A stretch of 32,000 bases of DNA from Erysipelotrichaceae bacterium (GCA_963663995.1 OY760660.1:810001-842000); one strand, 5' to 3'; counted from the stretch's first letter, positions 8,337-16,942 are shown. The notes: generated by a model from the sequence alone, not told the origin. Made by a program: numbers and translations.

Positions 8337-9004
8337 TGTTTGAAAAAATAAAAAGTAAGTTCTCGACTGAGAATCTTAAAGTACGTGCTGAAAAGCGAAG
8401 GCAAGGTGGCCGTGCAAATAGATTTGCAGCCTTCGGGATTGACCACTTTATTCAACTCTTTGCGGTTAATATTCTAATCTTAGTAGTGTGGTTAATCCTA
8501 TATGCCTTTGGGCAAACAGTGGGTGGACAAGATATTAATCTATACACACTACCCGATACTATGCAGTTGCCTACAATTATCTTATTAATCGGGGTTCCCT
8601 TCTTCTATCAAGTGATATTCCCTTTTTACTTTATCGAAGGACAAAGTTATGGAAAGCGTCTTGTCGGGCTTAAAATTGTTAAGACAAACGATGAACCTGC
8701 TGAGCTTAAAAACTATTTATTACGTTTCTTAGGGATGATGTTGGAAGGTCACCCAAACTTCTCGATTACTGGAACAGTTGTCTTCTTCCTCTATGCTAGA
8801 TTCTTCAACCCAGAACAAGCAAAAATCATTGGGGTTGGCTTAGGTTATATCTTTGCAGCAAGTATCATTCTTGCATTAATTCAAAGACACAGACGTAGTA
8901 TTCATGATTACATCGGTGGTACAAAAGTGATTCCTGTTACCCCAGTTGATCTTACCGATTACTCTCGAGGTAAAGATATCAAAGCAGACGTATCGAATAT
9001 GTAA
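8336..9004 (+). CDS. RDD family membrane protein (paralogue)
   Basis: NRFAAFGIDHFIQLF ... GQSYGKRLVGLK ... SIHDYIGGTKV. The start ATG shares one base with the upstream TAA (TAATG). Confidence 0.75.
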   Translation: MFEKIKSKFSTENLKVRAEKRRQGGRANRFAAFGIDHFIQLFAVNILILVVWLILYAFGQTVGGQDINLYTLPDTMQLPTIILLIGVPFFYQVIFPFYFIEGQSYGKRLVGLKIVKTNDEPAELKNYLLRFLGMMLEGHPNFSITGTVVFFLYARFFNPEQAKIIGVGLGYIFAASIILALIQRHRRSIHDYIGGTKVIPVTPVDLTDYSRGKDIKADVSNM

Positions 9005-9007
9005 TAT

Positions 9008-9041
9008 AAAAATGAGATTCCCACTAGAATCTCATTTTTTT
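9008..9041. terminator. Bidirectional terminator between the RDD gene and the convergent SHOCT gene
   Basis: AAATGAGATTC-CCACTA-GAATCTCATTT stem, flanked by an A-run upstream and a T7 run downstream. Confidence 0.8.
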
Positions 9042-9055
9042 AATACTCTTAATAA

Positions 9056-9337
9056 TTATCGACGTCTACTTGAATAGGTTAAACCTTTAACAAGACTATC
9101 ATACTCTTCTTTAGAGATTTCACCTCTAGCATAACGTTCGCGAACAATGCTTAGTGCTTCATCTTCGCCTGAAGTAAAAGAATAATTTGATCTTGTGAAT
9201 CGTTTGATTGCCCAAACAATTAACCATACGACTCCAATAAAAACGACTACTCTTCCAGCAGCCATTAACCAAAAGGTCCAGCTGTTATAATACAAGCCAC
9301 CCATAGCATAAGGTGTAAAAGAACTAAATGCGTGCAT
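9056..9337 (-). CDS. Small membrane protein with C-terminal SHOCT domain
   Basis: Hydrophobic N-terminal half, then ALSIVRERYARGEISKEEYDSLVKGL, which matches the SHOCT short C-terminal domain pattern. AGGAGG RBS upstream. Confidence 0.7.
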   Translation of the reverse strand: MHAFSSFTPYAMGGLYYNSWTFWLMAAGRVVVFIGVVWLIVWAIKRFTRSNYSFTSGEDEALSIVRERYARGEISKEEYDSLVKGLTYSSRRR

Positions 9338-9364
9338 ATGTGCCTCCTACGTAAGTTTTTATCT

Positions 9365-9379
9365 TACCCCCATAGGGTA
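9365..9379. promoter_or_regulatory. CsoR-like GC-rich pseudo-palindromic operator upstream of the SHOCT gene
   Basis: TACCCCCATAGGGTA (minus strand TACCCTATGGGGGTA), centred about 35 nt upstream of the ATG at 9337. It is an isolated GC-rich element in AT-rich intergenic DNA. Confidence 0.45.
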
Positions 9380-9528
9380 TAACTTAATTATGACAAAAGT
9401 GTTACAAATGCTCAGAATTTGTGTTTTTTAGATGAAATTAAATCTTTAATAATCGCAACTTTAAGCTAATGTAAATTGAAGTTTATAAAAGCATATGATA
9501 ATGTTTATTCAAACTTGTCGAGGTGCCT

Positions 9529-10806
9529 ATGAATACACATGGTTTTGAAGTAAAAAATGGACAGTTACAAATTGGAAATTTTAATGTTTCTGATATCGCG
9601 CAAAAATATGGGACACCCCTTTATTTAATGGATGAAGCCCGTATTAAGAATCAAATGAAGATTTTCAAGAGTCACTTTAAACATGATTCAGTTATGACAG
9701 CCGTATGTTATGCTTCGAAAGCTTTTCTATGTAAAGCAATGGCAGAATTAACAAACGAAGAAGGTTTATATATTGATACCGTATCGGGTGGTGAATTATT
9801 TACCGTATTAGAAGCTGGTTTTAATCCAAAGCATATTGTCTACCATGGAAACAATAAGACACATGATGAGATTGAGTACGGGATTGCTTCAAAGGTGGGC
9901 TTCTTTGTAGTCGATAATCTTGAAGAGATTGATCAAATTGAAAAAACACTTAATGGTCGTCAAGTCAACGTATTACTTAGAGTTAATCCTGGGGTCGAAG
10001 CTAAAACGCATAAGTATATTCAAACAACGACTTTAGATTCTAAGTTTGGGTTAACTTTAAATAATAAAACTACACTTAATGTGATTAAGCGTTTAATGGC
10101 TAATCCAAATATTAACTTTAAAGGTTTACATGCTCATATTGGATCGCAGATTTTAAATGCTGATCATTATAATGAAGAACTAGAAGCTTTTTTTACAGCC
10201 ATTAAAAGCTTAAAAGATGAAGGCATTACGATTGATACCCTTAACATAGGTGGTGGTTTTGGCGTTAGTTATACTAAAGATGATGTAGGGGTAGATTTAA
10301 AAAAAACTTTACCTCTAATTATTGAAAAAGCTTTAACTTATGCAAAAGCACATGATGTGACTTGTCCGATGTTAATGATTGAACCAGGACGTAGTATTGT
10401 AGCTGAATCTGGTTTAACCCTCTATAAAGTAGGAAGTATCAAAACAACCCCAAACAAAAAGTTTGTTTTAGTGGATGGATCTTTCCAAGATAGCATTCGT
10501 GCTTCCTTATACCAAGCAAAATATGAAGCCATTTGTGTTGATAAATGTAATCAAGATGAAGAAAATGGTTATACAATTGCCGGTAGAGCTTGTGAGAGTG
10601 GTGATATTATTGTGCATGATACAAGTCTTGTTAAACCTGAAGTAAATGATATTGTGGCGGTCTTTGTGACAGGCGCATATCATTATTCAATGGCCAATAA
10701 TTATAACCGTTTTACAAAACCTGCTGTGGTCTTTGTTAATGGTGATAAAGATCGATGTGTTGTTAAAAGAGAAACTTACGAAGATTTAATTCGTAATGAT
10801 GTGTAA
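9529..10806 (+). CDS. lysA: Diaminopimelate decarboxylase
   Basis: Fold-type III PLP decarboxylase pattern: YASKAF (PLP lysine region), GGGFG, EPGRSIV, CESGD. Start taken as ATG 9529, 5 nt after GAGG; the track gives GTG 9523. Confidence 0.9.
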   Translation: MNTHGFEVKNGQLQIGNFNVSDIAQKYGTPLYLMDEARIKNQMKIFKSHFKHDSVMTAVCYASKAFLCKAMAELTNEEGLYIDTVSGGELFTVLEAGFNPKHIVYHGNNKTHDEIEYGIASKVGFFVVDNLEEIDQIEKTLNGRQVNVLLRVNPGVEAKTHKYIQTTTLDSKFGLTLNNKTTLNVIKRLMANPNINFKGLHAHIGSQILNADHYNEELEAFFTAIKSLKDEGITIDTLNIGGGFGVSYTKDDVGVDLKKTLPLIIEKALTYAKAHDVTCPMLMIEPGRSIVAESGLTLYKVGSIKTTPNKKFVLVDGSFQDSIRASLYQAKYEAICVDKCNQDEENGYTIAGRACESGDIIVHDTSLVKPEVNDIVAVFVTGAYHYSMANNYNRFTKPAVVFVNGDKDRCVVKRETYEDLIRNDV

Positions 10807-10818
10807 GGAGATATACAT

Positions 10819-11790
10819 ATGAGAGTCGCTGTTGTTGGCGCAACTGGAATGGTTGGGCAAAGCTTTATTAAAGTATTAGAAGAATATAACTTAGAGATGG
10901 AAAAGATTCGTTTCTTTTCAAGCGCAAGATCGGCTGGTAAAGTGATTAGCTTTAAAGGTGAAGATCATACTGTTTTAGAACTTGATGAAAATAGTTTTGA
11001 TGAAGGCTTTGATTATGCTTTATTTTCTGCAGGTGGTGATACTTCTAAAGAGTTTGCCCCGATTGCAGCTGAAAAAGGTTGTATCGTTATTGATAACTCA
11101 AGTGCTTGGAGAATGGATGATACAGTGCCTTTAGTGGTTCCAGAAGTGAATCCTGAAGCCCTACAGAATCATCATAATATTATTGCGAATCCAAACTGTT
11201 CAACGATTCAATGCATGTTGCCTTTAAATGCTTTAAAACCTTTTGGGATTAAACGTGTTGTTTATTCTACCTATCAAGCAGTTGCGGGATCAGGCTATAA
11301 AGGGGTTAAAGATCTACAAGATAACTTAGAAGGAAAAGACAATAGTTTTTATCCAAAGAAAATTCTACATAACGTTATTCCACATATCGATGTTTTCTTA
11401 GAAAATGGTAATACTAAAGAAGAAGAAAAAATGATTAATGAAACACGTAAAATCTTAGGCTTAAAAGATTTACCAGTAAGTGCAACATGTGTTCGTGTAC
11501 CTGTCTTTATTGGTCACTCTGTTTCGATTAATGTTGAATTTGAAAAAGACTTTGAAATGAAAGATGTCATGGCTGCCTTAAATGCGCAAAAAGGCATGAA
11601 AGTTTACGCCGGCAATGAATACCCTACACCTTTAGAGTGTGAAGGGATTGATACTACTTTAGTCGGACGTGTTCGTCGAGATGAATCGGTTAAATCAGGG
11701 CTTAACTTATGGTGTGTTGCTGACAACATCCGTAAAGGGGCTGCTTCAAACGCTGTACAAATTCTAAAAGTATTTGAACATCTCGATTAA
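10819..11790 (+). CDS. asd: Aspartate-semialdehyde dehydrogenase
   Basis: MRVAVVGATGMVGQ NAD(P) site, active-site NPNCSTIQ, C-terminal DNIRKGAASNAVQ. AAGGAG RBS upstream. Confidence 0.92.
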   Translation: MRVAVVGATGMVGQSFIKVLEEYNLEMEKIRFFSSARSAGKVISFKGEDHTVLELDENSFDEGFDYALFSAGGDTSKEFAPIAAEKGCIVIDNSSAWRMDDTVPLVVPEVNPEALQNHHNIIANPNCSTIQCMLPLNALKPFGIKRVVYSTYQAVAGSGYKGVKDLQDNLEGKDNSFYPKKILHNVIPHIDVFLENGNTKEEEKMINETRKILGLKDLPVSATCVRVPVFIGHSVSINVEFEKDFEMKDVMAALNAQKGMKVYAGNEYPTPLECEGIDTTLVGRVRRDESVKSGLNLWCVADNIRKGAASNAVQILKVFEHLD

Positions 11791-11807
11791 TTAATTTGAG
11801 TATAGTG

Positions 11808-11843
11808 AAGGTATGTTAGAAATAACATGCCTTTTTATTTTTT
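11808..11843 (+). terminator. Rho-independent terminator after asd
   Basis: AAGGTATGTTA-GAAA-TAACATGCCTT (one G-U pair) followed by TTTTTATTTTTT. Confidence 0.85.
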
Positions 11844-11906
11844 GATTCTCCAGATTTCTAGGCTTTTTACAGTGACTTGTTGTACAATAGTGAATAGGTT
11901 TAATCC

Positions 11907-13256
11907 ATGTTTAAAAAGATCTTTAAGAAATTTCAGAATACGCTTCTGTTTCTATTAGCCATATTGACTTATGCTTTAATTTTCGGTAGTTTTATCTACA
12001 TTTTTTCATTTGCTTATCCTGAATTATTAAAACAAACACGTGAAGCTGCGGTTGTCTCTATCACTTATGTTTTAACATTTGGTTTAATGTTGAATGCCTA
12101 TGGGGGATTTGATGTAGGTGAAAAACAAACCCGTCAAATTATCTATTCGTTAATTATTGTTACTTTTATTGCTGATTTATTTGCTTATGTGGTGATACAG
12201 ATCACCAATCCAAGTATTTGGAATATCTGGCAGTTTGGTTTCTATTCAGTGCGTCGTTTAGTCTTTACGTATGTTGTTCAAGTTGTTGGTATTATTCTGT
12301 TTACTTATTTAGGAAATAAACTTTACTTTAAATTAAATAAACCAAAGAAAACTCTAGTCATTCATGCTTTTGATACAAAACCAAATCGAATTGTAAGTAA
12401 ACTTAAATCAAATACTTATAAATATGCTTTAACACAAGTCATGGATGATACAAATGTTGTTGCATGTAAAGAAGCCATTGATCAAAATGAAGTGATTGTT
12501 TTATATAACATTCCTAAAGATGAACGTATTCAATTCAATGAATACGGTTATAAAGCAAAGAAAATTGTTTTATATAATGCTGAAATCATGGATGTTGTCG
12601 AATTTAGAAGTAAACATGTGATGATGGATGACTTATCCTTATTCACCACGAATATCTCTGAGTTCTCGATTGAACAAAGAATCCTTAAAAGAACCTTGGA
12701 TTTGATTGTAGCGATTTTTGGTTTAGTCATTTCTTCTCCTTTTTGGTTGATTTTTACAATAGCGATTAAATTAGAAGATAAAGGTCCTGTATTCTTTAAA
12801 CAAAAGAGAATGACTAAAAACAATAAAGTCTTTGAAGTCTATAAATTTAGAACGATGAGAGTCAATGCTGAAGCCAATAAATCAGCGACTAAAGATGATG
12901 ATCGTATTACTAAAGTAGGTAACATCTTACGTAAAATACGCTTAGATGAACTTCCTCAAATCTTAAATATACTTAAAGGTGATATGTCTGTGGTTGGCCC
13001 TCGTCCTGAAATGTTAGCCAATGTCACTAAGTACACCAAAGAAATGCCTGAGTTTGAACTTAGACTTCGTGCGAAAGCAGGTTTAACTGGTTATGCGCAA
13101 ATCTATGGTAAATATAATACTTCACCAAAAGATAAACTGATAATGGATTTAATGTATATTGAAAACTTTTCGATTTGGTTAGATATTAAACTAATTCTAC
13201 AAACGGTTATGGTCTTCTTAAAGATTGATGATAGTACAGAAGGTTTTGATGAATAA
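11907..13256 (+). CDS. Polyprenyl-phosphate hexose-1-phosphate transferase (WbaP/EpsE-type priming enzyme)
   Basis: N-terminal TM bundle plus a C-terminal bacterial sugar-transferase domain: KRTLDLIVAIFGLV, KFRTM, DELPQILNILKGDMSVVGPRPE. Confidence 0.88.
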   Translation: MFKKIFKKFQNTLLFLLAILTYALIFGSFIYIFSFAYPELLKQTREAAVVSITYVLTFGLMLNAYGGFDVGEKQTRQIIYSLIIVTFIADLFAYVVIQITNPSIWNIWQFGFYSVRRLVFTYVVQVVGIILFTYLGNKLYFKLNKPKKTLVIHAFDTKPNRIVSKLKSNTYKYALTQVMDDTNVVACKEAIDQNEVIVLYNIPKDERIQFNEYGYKAKKIVLYNAEIMDVVEFRSKHVMMDDLSLFTTNISEFSIEQRILKRTLDLIVAIFGLVISSPFWLIFTIAIKLEDKGPVFFKQKRMTKNNKVFEVYKFRTMRVNAEANKSATKDDDRITKVGNILRKIRLDELPQILNILKGDMSVVGPRPEMLANVTKYTKEMPEFELRLRAKAGLTGYAQIYGKYNTSPKDKLIMDLMYIENFSIWLDIKLILQTVMVFLKIDDSTEGFDE

Positions 13257-13734
13257 AGATAAGAAACGGGTTGTTTATATTGCCTCTATGGGAGGTCATT
13301 TAAACGAACTACTACAACTATCCCCCATTTTTGGTGAAACAGATTACACTCTGATTACTGAAAAAAGTCCATCTACCCTCTATTTAACTGATAAATTCCC
13401 CCATAAAGTTCACTACCTGGTTTCAGGTTCACGTGAACATCTTTTTGTATACTTATTTAAATTTACTTATAATGCATTATTAAGTTTAATTTATGTACTA
13501 CGTTTTAGACCGCAATCAGTGGTCAGTACAGGGACTCACACAGCTGTGGTATTTTGTTATTTAGCAAAGATATTGCTTAGATCAAAAATTATCTATATCG
13601 AAACTTATGCCAATGTAAAACTAGCGAATATCTCAGGTAAACTAATTCATCCAATTGCTGATTTATATTTAGTTCAATGGGAAAGTTTATTAACATCTTA
13701 TAAAAAGAGTCAATATGTGGGAAAATTGTATTAA
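13249..13734 (+). CDS. Alg14-like membrane subunit of a two-part glycosyltransferase (Cps14F/PssD-like)
   Basis: VYIASMGGHLNELLQL and TGTHTAV motifs of the Alg14-like family. Start at ATG 13249 behind GAAGG; overlaps the priming-enzyme stop by 8 nt. Confidence 0.75.
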   Translation: MNKDKKRVVYIASMGGHLNELLQLSPIFGETDYTLITEKSPSTLYLTDKFPHKVHYLVSGSREHLFVYLFKFTYNALLSLIYVLRFRPQSVVSTGTHTAVVFCYLAKILLRSKIIYIETYANVKLANISGKLIHPIADLYLVQWESLLTSYKKSQYVGKLY

Positions 13735-14900
13735 TGAAAACACGTGTTCTATTTGTAAATGATGAAATGGTTATGGGCGGTGTCGCTCGTATTCTCATAA
13801 CGATGTTGAATAAAATTGATCCATCTAAGTTTGAGGTCGATGTTTTAATCTTACATCCGCATGGTGAACTACTTAGTGAACTCCCTTCTTGGGTTAATGT
13901 CATTGAAGGAAATGAGTTCTTTAGAGCTGTTGATGTGAATTTAAAACAAGCGACTAAAGATGGTGATTGGTCAAAAGTATTTAATAAAGTTAAACTTTTG
14001 CTTTCGATGAAGTTTGGGAGTATAGAACAACAAATTCTTAAACAACGCCAAGCACTTAAAATTGATAAACAACCTTATGATGTTGAAATAGCTGCTAAAG
14101 AAGGTTTTTGTACCCTCTTTGTTTCTTTAGGTGAATCAAAGCGCAAATTAAACTGGATACATGTTGATTACAGTGCTCAAAACTATAGTGCACATCATAT
14201 GCAATTAATGAAAAAAGCCATTTCTAAAATGGATTTAAATATCGCAGTTTCCTTAAAAGCAGCACAAGCTTATAAAGACTTATTTGAAGCCCAACACACG
14301 ATTACGATAAATAACCCCATTGATATTGATGGTTTAAAGAAAAAAGCTGAAGAAACTTGTGATACACACTTTGATCAATCAGATATTAATTTGATTACGG
14401 TTGCTCGTTTTCATCCACAAAAAGCAGTTGATCGTTTAATCGATGTGATGGCTCAAGTTAAAGAAAAAAATGTCAAACTATATATCATTGGCTCAGGTGA
14501 ATTAGAAGCTGATTTAAAACAACAGGTTAAACAATTAAACTTAAGTCACTCTGTGATTTTCCTGGGTTTAAAATCTAATCCTATGCCTTATATCAAACAA
14601 GCTGATTTATTTGTTTTATCTTCATTATATGAAGGTTATCCAACCACTGTCATTGAATCATTAATCGCTAGTACACCTGTGCTTTCTACTAATGTTTCTG
14701 GTGTCCATGAGCAACTCATTGAAGATAAGACAGGCTGGATTGTTGATAACAACACTGAAAGTTTAGCCCATAAGTTAAATGAGCTCATTAGTGATGTCCA
14801 TAAACTTAGAAAAATTAAGCAATCTTTAAAATCCTATACCTATTCAAATGAACTTATTGTTGAGCGCTTTGAAAAAGCACTCTGTGGTGAAGACTTATGA
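13734..14900 (+). CDS. Glycosyltransferase family 4 (GT-B)
   Basis: RVLFVNDEMVMGGVARIL N-terminus and the C-terminal EGYPTTVIESLIASTPVLSTNVSG (E-x7-E type motif). Start overlaps the upstream TAA (TAATG). Confidence 0.85.
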   Translation: MKTRVLFVNDEMVMGGVARILITMLNKIDPSKFEVDVLILHPHGELLSELPSWVNVIEGNEFFRAVDVNLKQATKDGDWSKVFNKVKLLLSMKFGSIEQQILKQRQALKIDKQPYDVEIAAKEGFCTLFVSLGESKRKLNWIHVDYSAQNYSAHHMQLMKKAISKMDLNIAVSLKAAQAYKDLFEAQHTITINNPIDIDGLKKKAEETCDTHFDQSDINLITVARFHPQKAVDRLIDVMAQVKEKNVKLYIIGSGELEADLKQQVKQLNLSHSVIFLGLKSNPMPYIKQADLFVLSSLYEGYPTTVIESLIASTPVLSTNVSGVHEQLIEDKTGWIVDNNTESLAHKLNELISDVHKLRKIKQSLKSYTYSNELIVERFEKALCGEDL

Positions 14901-15373
14901 TACTTGTAACCCTTGGTACACAAGATAAACCTTTTACACGCTTATTAGATTCCTTAGAGAAACAAAAGAAATCAGGGCTCATTGAAGATGAGATAATTGT
15001 TCAAGCTGGATTTACTGAATATAAATCTGATGTTTTAAAAATAAAGGATTATTACTCACAAACTGCTTTAGATGATTTACGACAAAAAGCAGATCTGATT
15101 ATTACCCATGCTGGTGTTGGTAGTATCCTTGATTCATTAAAGTATCATAAGAAAGTCATTGGTGTAGCTCGCCTTCAAAAATATGGTGAACACGCTAATG
15201 ATCATCAATATGAAATGTTAGATGTTTTCTCAAATGATGGTTATATACTTCGCTGTGATAACTTTGAAGAACTCGCTGATGTCATTAAACGTACTAACAA
15301 ATTTGAGCCTAAAGTCTATCCATTTGATAACTCAGCTATCCTAAAAACTGTCCTAAATGCCATTAATGAGTGA
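14897..15373 (+). CDS. Alg13-like catalytic subunit (Cps14G/PssE-like, GT28 C-terminal domain)
   Basis: MILVTLGTQDKPFTRLL and ITHAGVGSIL are typical of Alg13-like/MurG C-terminal domain proteins. ATGA overlap with the upstream gene. Confidence 0.8.
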   Translation: MILVTLGTQDKPFTRLLDSLEKQKKSGLIEDEIIVQAGFTEYKSDVLKIKDYYSQTALDDLRQKADLIITHAGVGSILDSLKYHKKVIGVARLQKYGEHANDHQYEMLDVFSNDGYILRCDNFEELADVIKRTNKFEPKVYPFDNSAILKTVLNAINE

Positions 15374-15447
15374 TTTATTTGGTATTTTGACAGTTTTTTT
15401 ATAAAATTCTTTTAAAATTACACTTATAATGTGTTTACAAATTTGAG

Positions 15448-15463
15448 AATTGTTATTACAATT
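15448..15463. promoter_or_regulatory. Palindrome in the XRE gene leader (candidate autoregulatory operator)
   Basis: AATTGTTATTACAATT, 7 of 8 symmetric pairs. Lies between TATAAT (15425-15430) and the ATG at 15491. Confidence 0.4.
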
Positions 15464-15490
15464 AAAGCATACCGTGGGGGTAAGTCAGTC

Positions 15491-15742
15491 ATGAGTAATT
15501 TGGACTCAAAAAAAGCTAGTCAATTAAGTAAATCTGAAATTTTAAATATTCGTAAAAGTTTCGGACAACGAATCAAAGGATTTAGAAAAGCTAATCATCT
15601 TTCGCAAGAAGAGTTAGCTCAGCTTTCTTCTTTACATCGAAATTATATTTCTGATACAGAAAGAGGTCGTCGTAATATCTCCTTTGAAGCGATGATTAAA
15701 CTAGCGAGTGGACTAGGGATGAATATAAGGGATCTACTCTAA
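15491..15742 (+). CDS. XRE-family helix-turn-helix transcriptional regulator
   Basis: GQRIKGFRKANHLSQEELAQLSSLHRNYISDTERGRRNISFEAMIKLASGL is a classic HTH_3 pattern. Start placed at ATG 15491 behind GGGGGT; the track starts at GTG 15431. Confidence 0.8.
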   Translation: MSNLDSKKASQLSKSEILNIRKSFGQRIKGFRKANHLSQEELAQLSSLHRNYISDTERGRRNISFEAMIKLASGLGMNIRDLL

Positions 15743-15749
15743 CATCAAC

Positions 15750-15769
15750 AAGCGCAATATGCGCTTTTT
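15750..15769 (+). terminator. Rho-independent terminator after the XRE gene
   Basis: AAGCGCA-ATA-TGCGCTT stem with a GC core, followed by TTTTT. Confidence 0.65.
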
Positions 15770-15780
15770 GATTGCTTGAG

Positions 15781-15789
15781 TGCTATAAT
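15781..15789 (+). promoter_or_regulatory. Extended -10 promoter for the TM/DUF2156/GNAT unit
   Basis: TGCTATAAT (TGnTATAAT), 12 nt upstream of ATG 15802 and just after the XRE terminator. Confidence 0.55.
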
Positions 15790-15801
15790 TGTTTATGACT
15801 T

Positions 15802-16035
15802 ATGCGACTGATACAAAGTTTACTCGTACTTTTATTTTCTATTGTCTTATTGATGACCTTATGGCCACTTTTTGTTTTTTTAGTCATCGTTTTTGTGATT
15901 TACTGGATCATGATTAAAAATCGAGTTCAACAAGCGATGAAAGATGTTAATCAAATGAATGATGAATATAAACAAAAGTCTGATAATCCTAATATTATTG
16001 ATGTCGAAGTCTTAGATGAGCGAGAAGAAAAATAA
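15802..16035 (+). CDS. Small membrane protein (two predicted TM helices, acidic tail), unknown function
   Basis: MRLIQSLLVLLFSIVLLMTLWPLFVFLVIVFVIYWIMIK followed by a charged tail. Sits 12 nt downstream of an extended -10 and overlaps the next gene. Confidence 0.5.
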   Translation: MRLIQSLLVLLFSIVLLMTLWPLFVFLVIVFVIYWIMIKNRVQQAMKDVNQMNDEYKQKSDNPNIIDVEVLDEREEK

Positions 16036-16942
16036 GTTCATGAATCAACATTTAAACGAAGATTTTTTATTAGTCACAACTGAAGATATCCCTTTAATTT
16101 GTCAATATATCCAAAAATCACAATATCAAGAGAGTAATCACAATGTAGTGAATATGTTTCAGTGGTTTAATCAATTCCCTTTATGGCAATATCATACTGA
16201 AAACTATATGTTATTGTTGGGAATCCATAAAGGTCATCTTTTTACCTATATGCCTTTATGCGAAGAGAAATACTTCAGAGAAGCAATGCTTAAAGCACGT
16301 AGTATTTTTAAACAGTTTAAGATACCTTTTGAATTATCTTGTTTTACTGAAGAAAACAAAGATGAAGTTTTACATATCTTCCCGCATATGCGTGCGAGTG
16401 CAGAGCGTGAAGCTGCTGATTATATTCATGAAGTCGAGAAACTTAGAACACTGAGTGGTAAGAAACTTCAAAAAAGACGTAATAACTACAATAATTTTAT
16501 TAAGACTTATGAAAATCAATGGACTTATGAAGATTTATCGCTTGATAATCTTCAAGAAGTTAAAGAATATCTTTATTCATGGAAACGCGATGTCAGTGAA
16601 GAATATCTACGCTATGAAATTGAAGGTGCAGATCAGGTTTTAGATTTATTTAATGTATTACCTTATAAAGGTGGTTTAATAAGAATAGATGAAGAAGTGA
16701 AAGCTTTTATTATCGTTTCTGATTGTATTGAAAATATGATTCAAATCAATATTGAAAAAGCTGACCCAAGTATTCGTGGTTTATATCAAGCGATTGAAAA
16801 AGAGTTTCTATCGCGACACTATTTAGATATTGAATGGGCCAACCGTGAAGATGATATGGGTGATGAAAATTTAAGACAAGCAAAACTAGCACTGCATCCT
16901 CATCATATGATTGAAAAGTATCGAATTAAGGAACATTTATGA
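16016..16942 (+). CDS. Standalone DUF2156 protein (MprF C-terminal, aminoacyl-tRNA transferase-like fold)
   Basis: Motifs ADYIHEVEKLRTLSGKKLQKRRNNYNNF, INIEKADPSIRGLYQAIEKEF and NREDDMGDENLRQAKLALHP match my recollection of the DUF2156/LPG-synthase-C family. No TM/flippase domain. Alternative start at ATG 16040. Confidence 0.65.
   Translation: MSEKKNKFMNQHLNEDFLLVTTEDIPLICQYIQKSQYQESNHNVVNMFQWFNQFPLWQYHTENYMLLLGIHKGHLFTYMPLCEEKYFREAMLKARSIFKQFKIPFELSCFTEENKDEVLHIFPHMRASAEREAADYIHEVEKLRTLSGKKLQKRRNNYNNFIKTYENQWTYEDLSLDNLQEVKEYLYSWKRDVSEEYLRYEIEGADQVLDLFNVLPYKGGLIRIDEEVKAFIIVSDCIENMIQINIEKADPSIRGLYQAIEKEFLSRHYLDIEWANREDDMGDENLRQAKLALHPHHMIEKYRIKEHL

Noticed and set aside
9380-9522. Possible lysine (L-box) riboswitch upstream of lysA-asd
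   Set aside because: The region is uniformly AT-rich. It lacks the GC-containing conserved helices and core segments I associate with L-box leaders, and no terminator/antiterminator pair is visible. A covariance-model scan would settle it.
12548-12823. 91-aa minus-strand ORF inside the priming transferase gene
   Set aside because: Antisense shadow ORF in AT-rich coding DNA.
13589-13903. 104-aa minus-strand ORF across the Alg14-like/GT4 junction
   Set aside because: Antisense to two coupled, motif-supported genes. No signals of its own.
15795-15917. 40-aa ORF from ATG 15795, only 5 nt after the TGCTATAAT box (a possible leaderless peptide)
   Set aside because: The translation (MTYATDTKFTRTFIFYCLIDDLMATFCFFSHRFCDLLDHD) is Cys/Phe-rich and unlike a real protein. 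The overlapping frame from 15802 gives a clean two-helix membrane protein. It cannot be fully excluded without ribosome profiling.
16455-16643. 62-aa plus-strand ORF in another frame of the DUF2156 gene
   Set aside because: Same-strand alternative frame with a Lys/Ile-rich translation typical of AT-rich off-frame reading.
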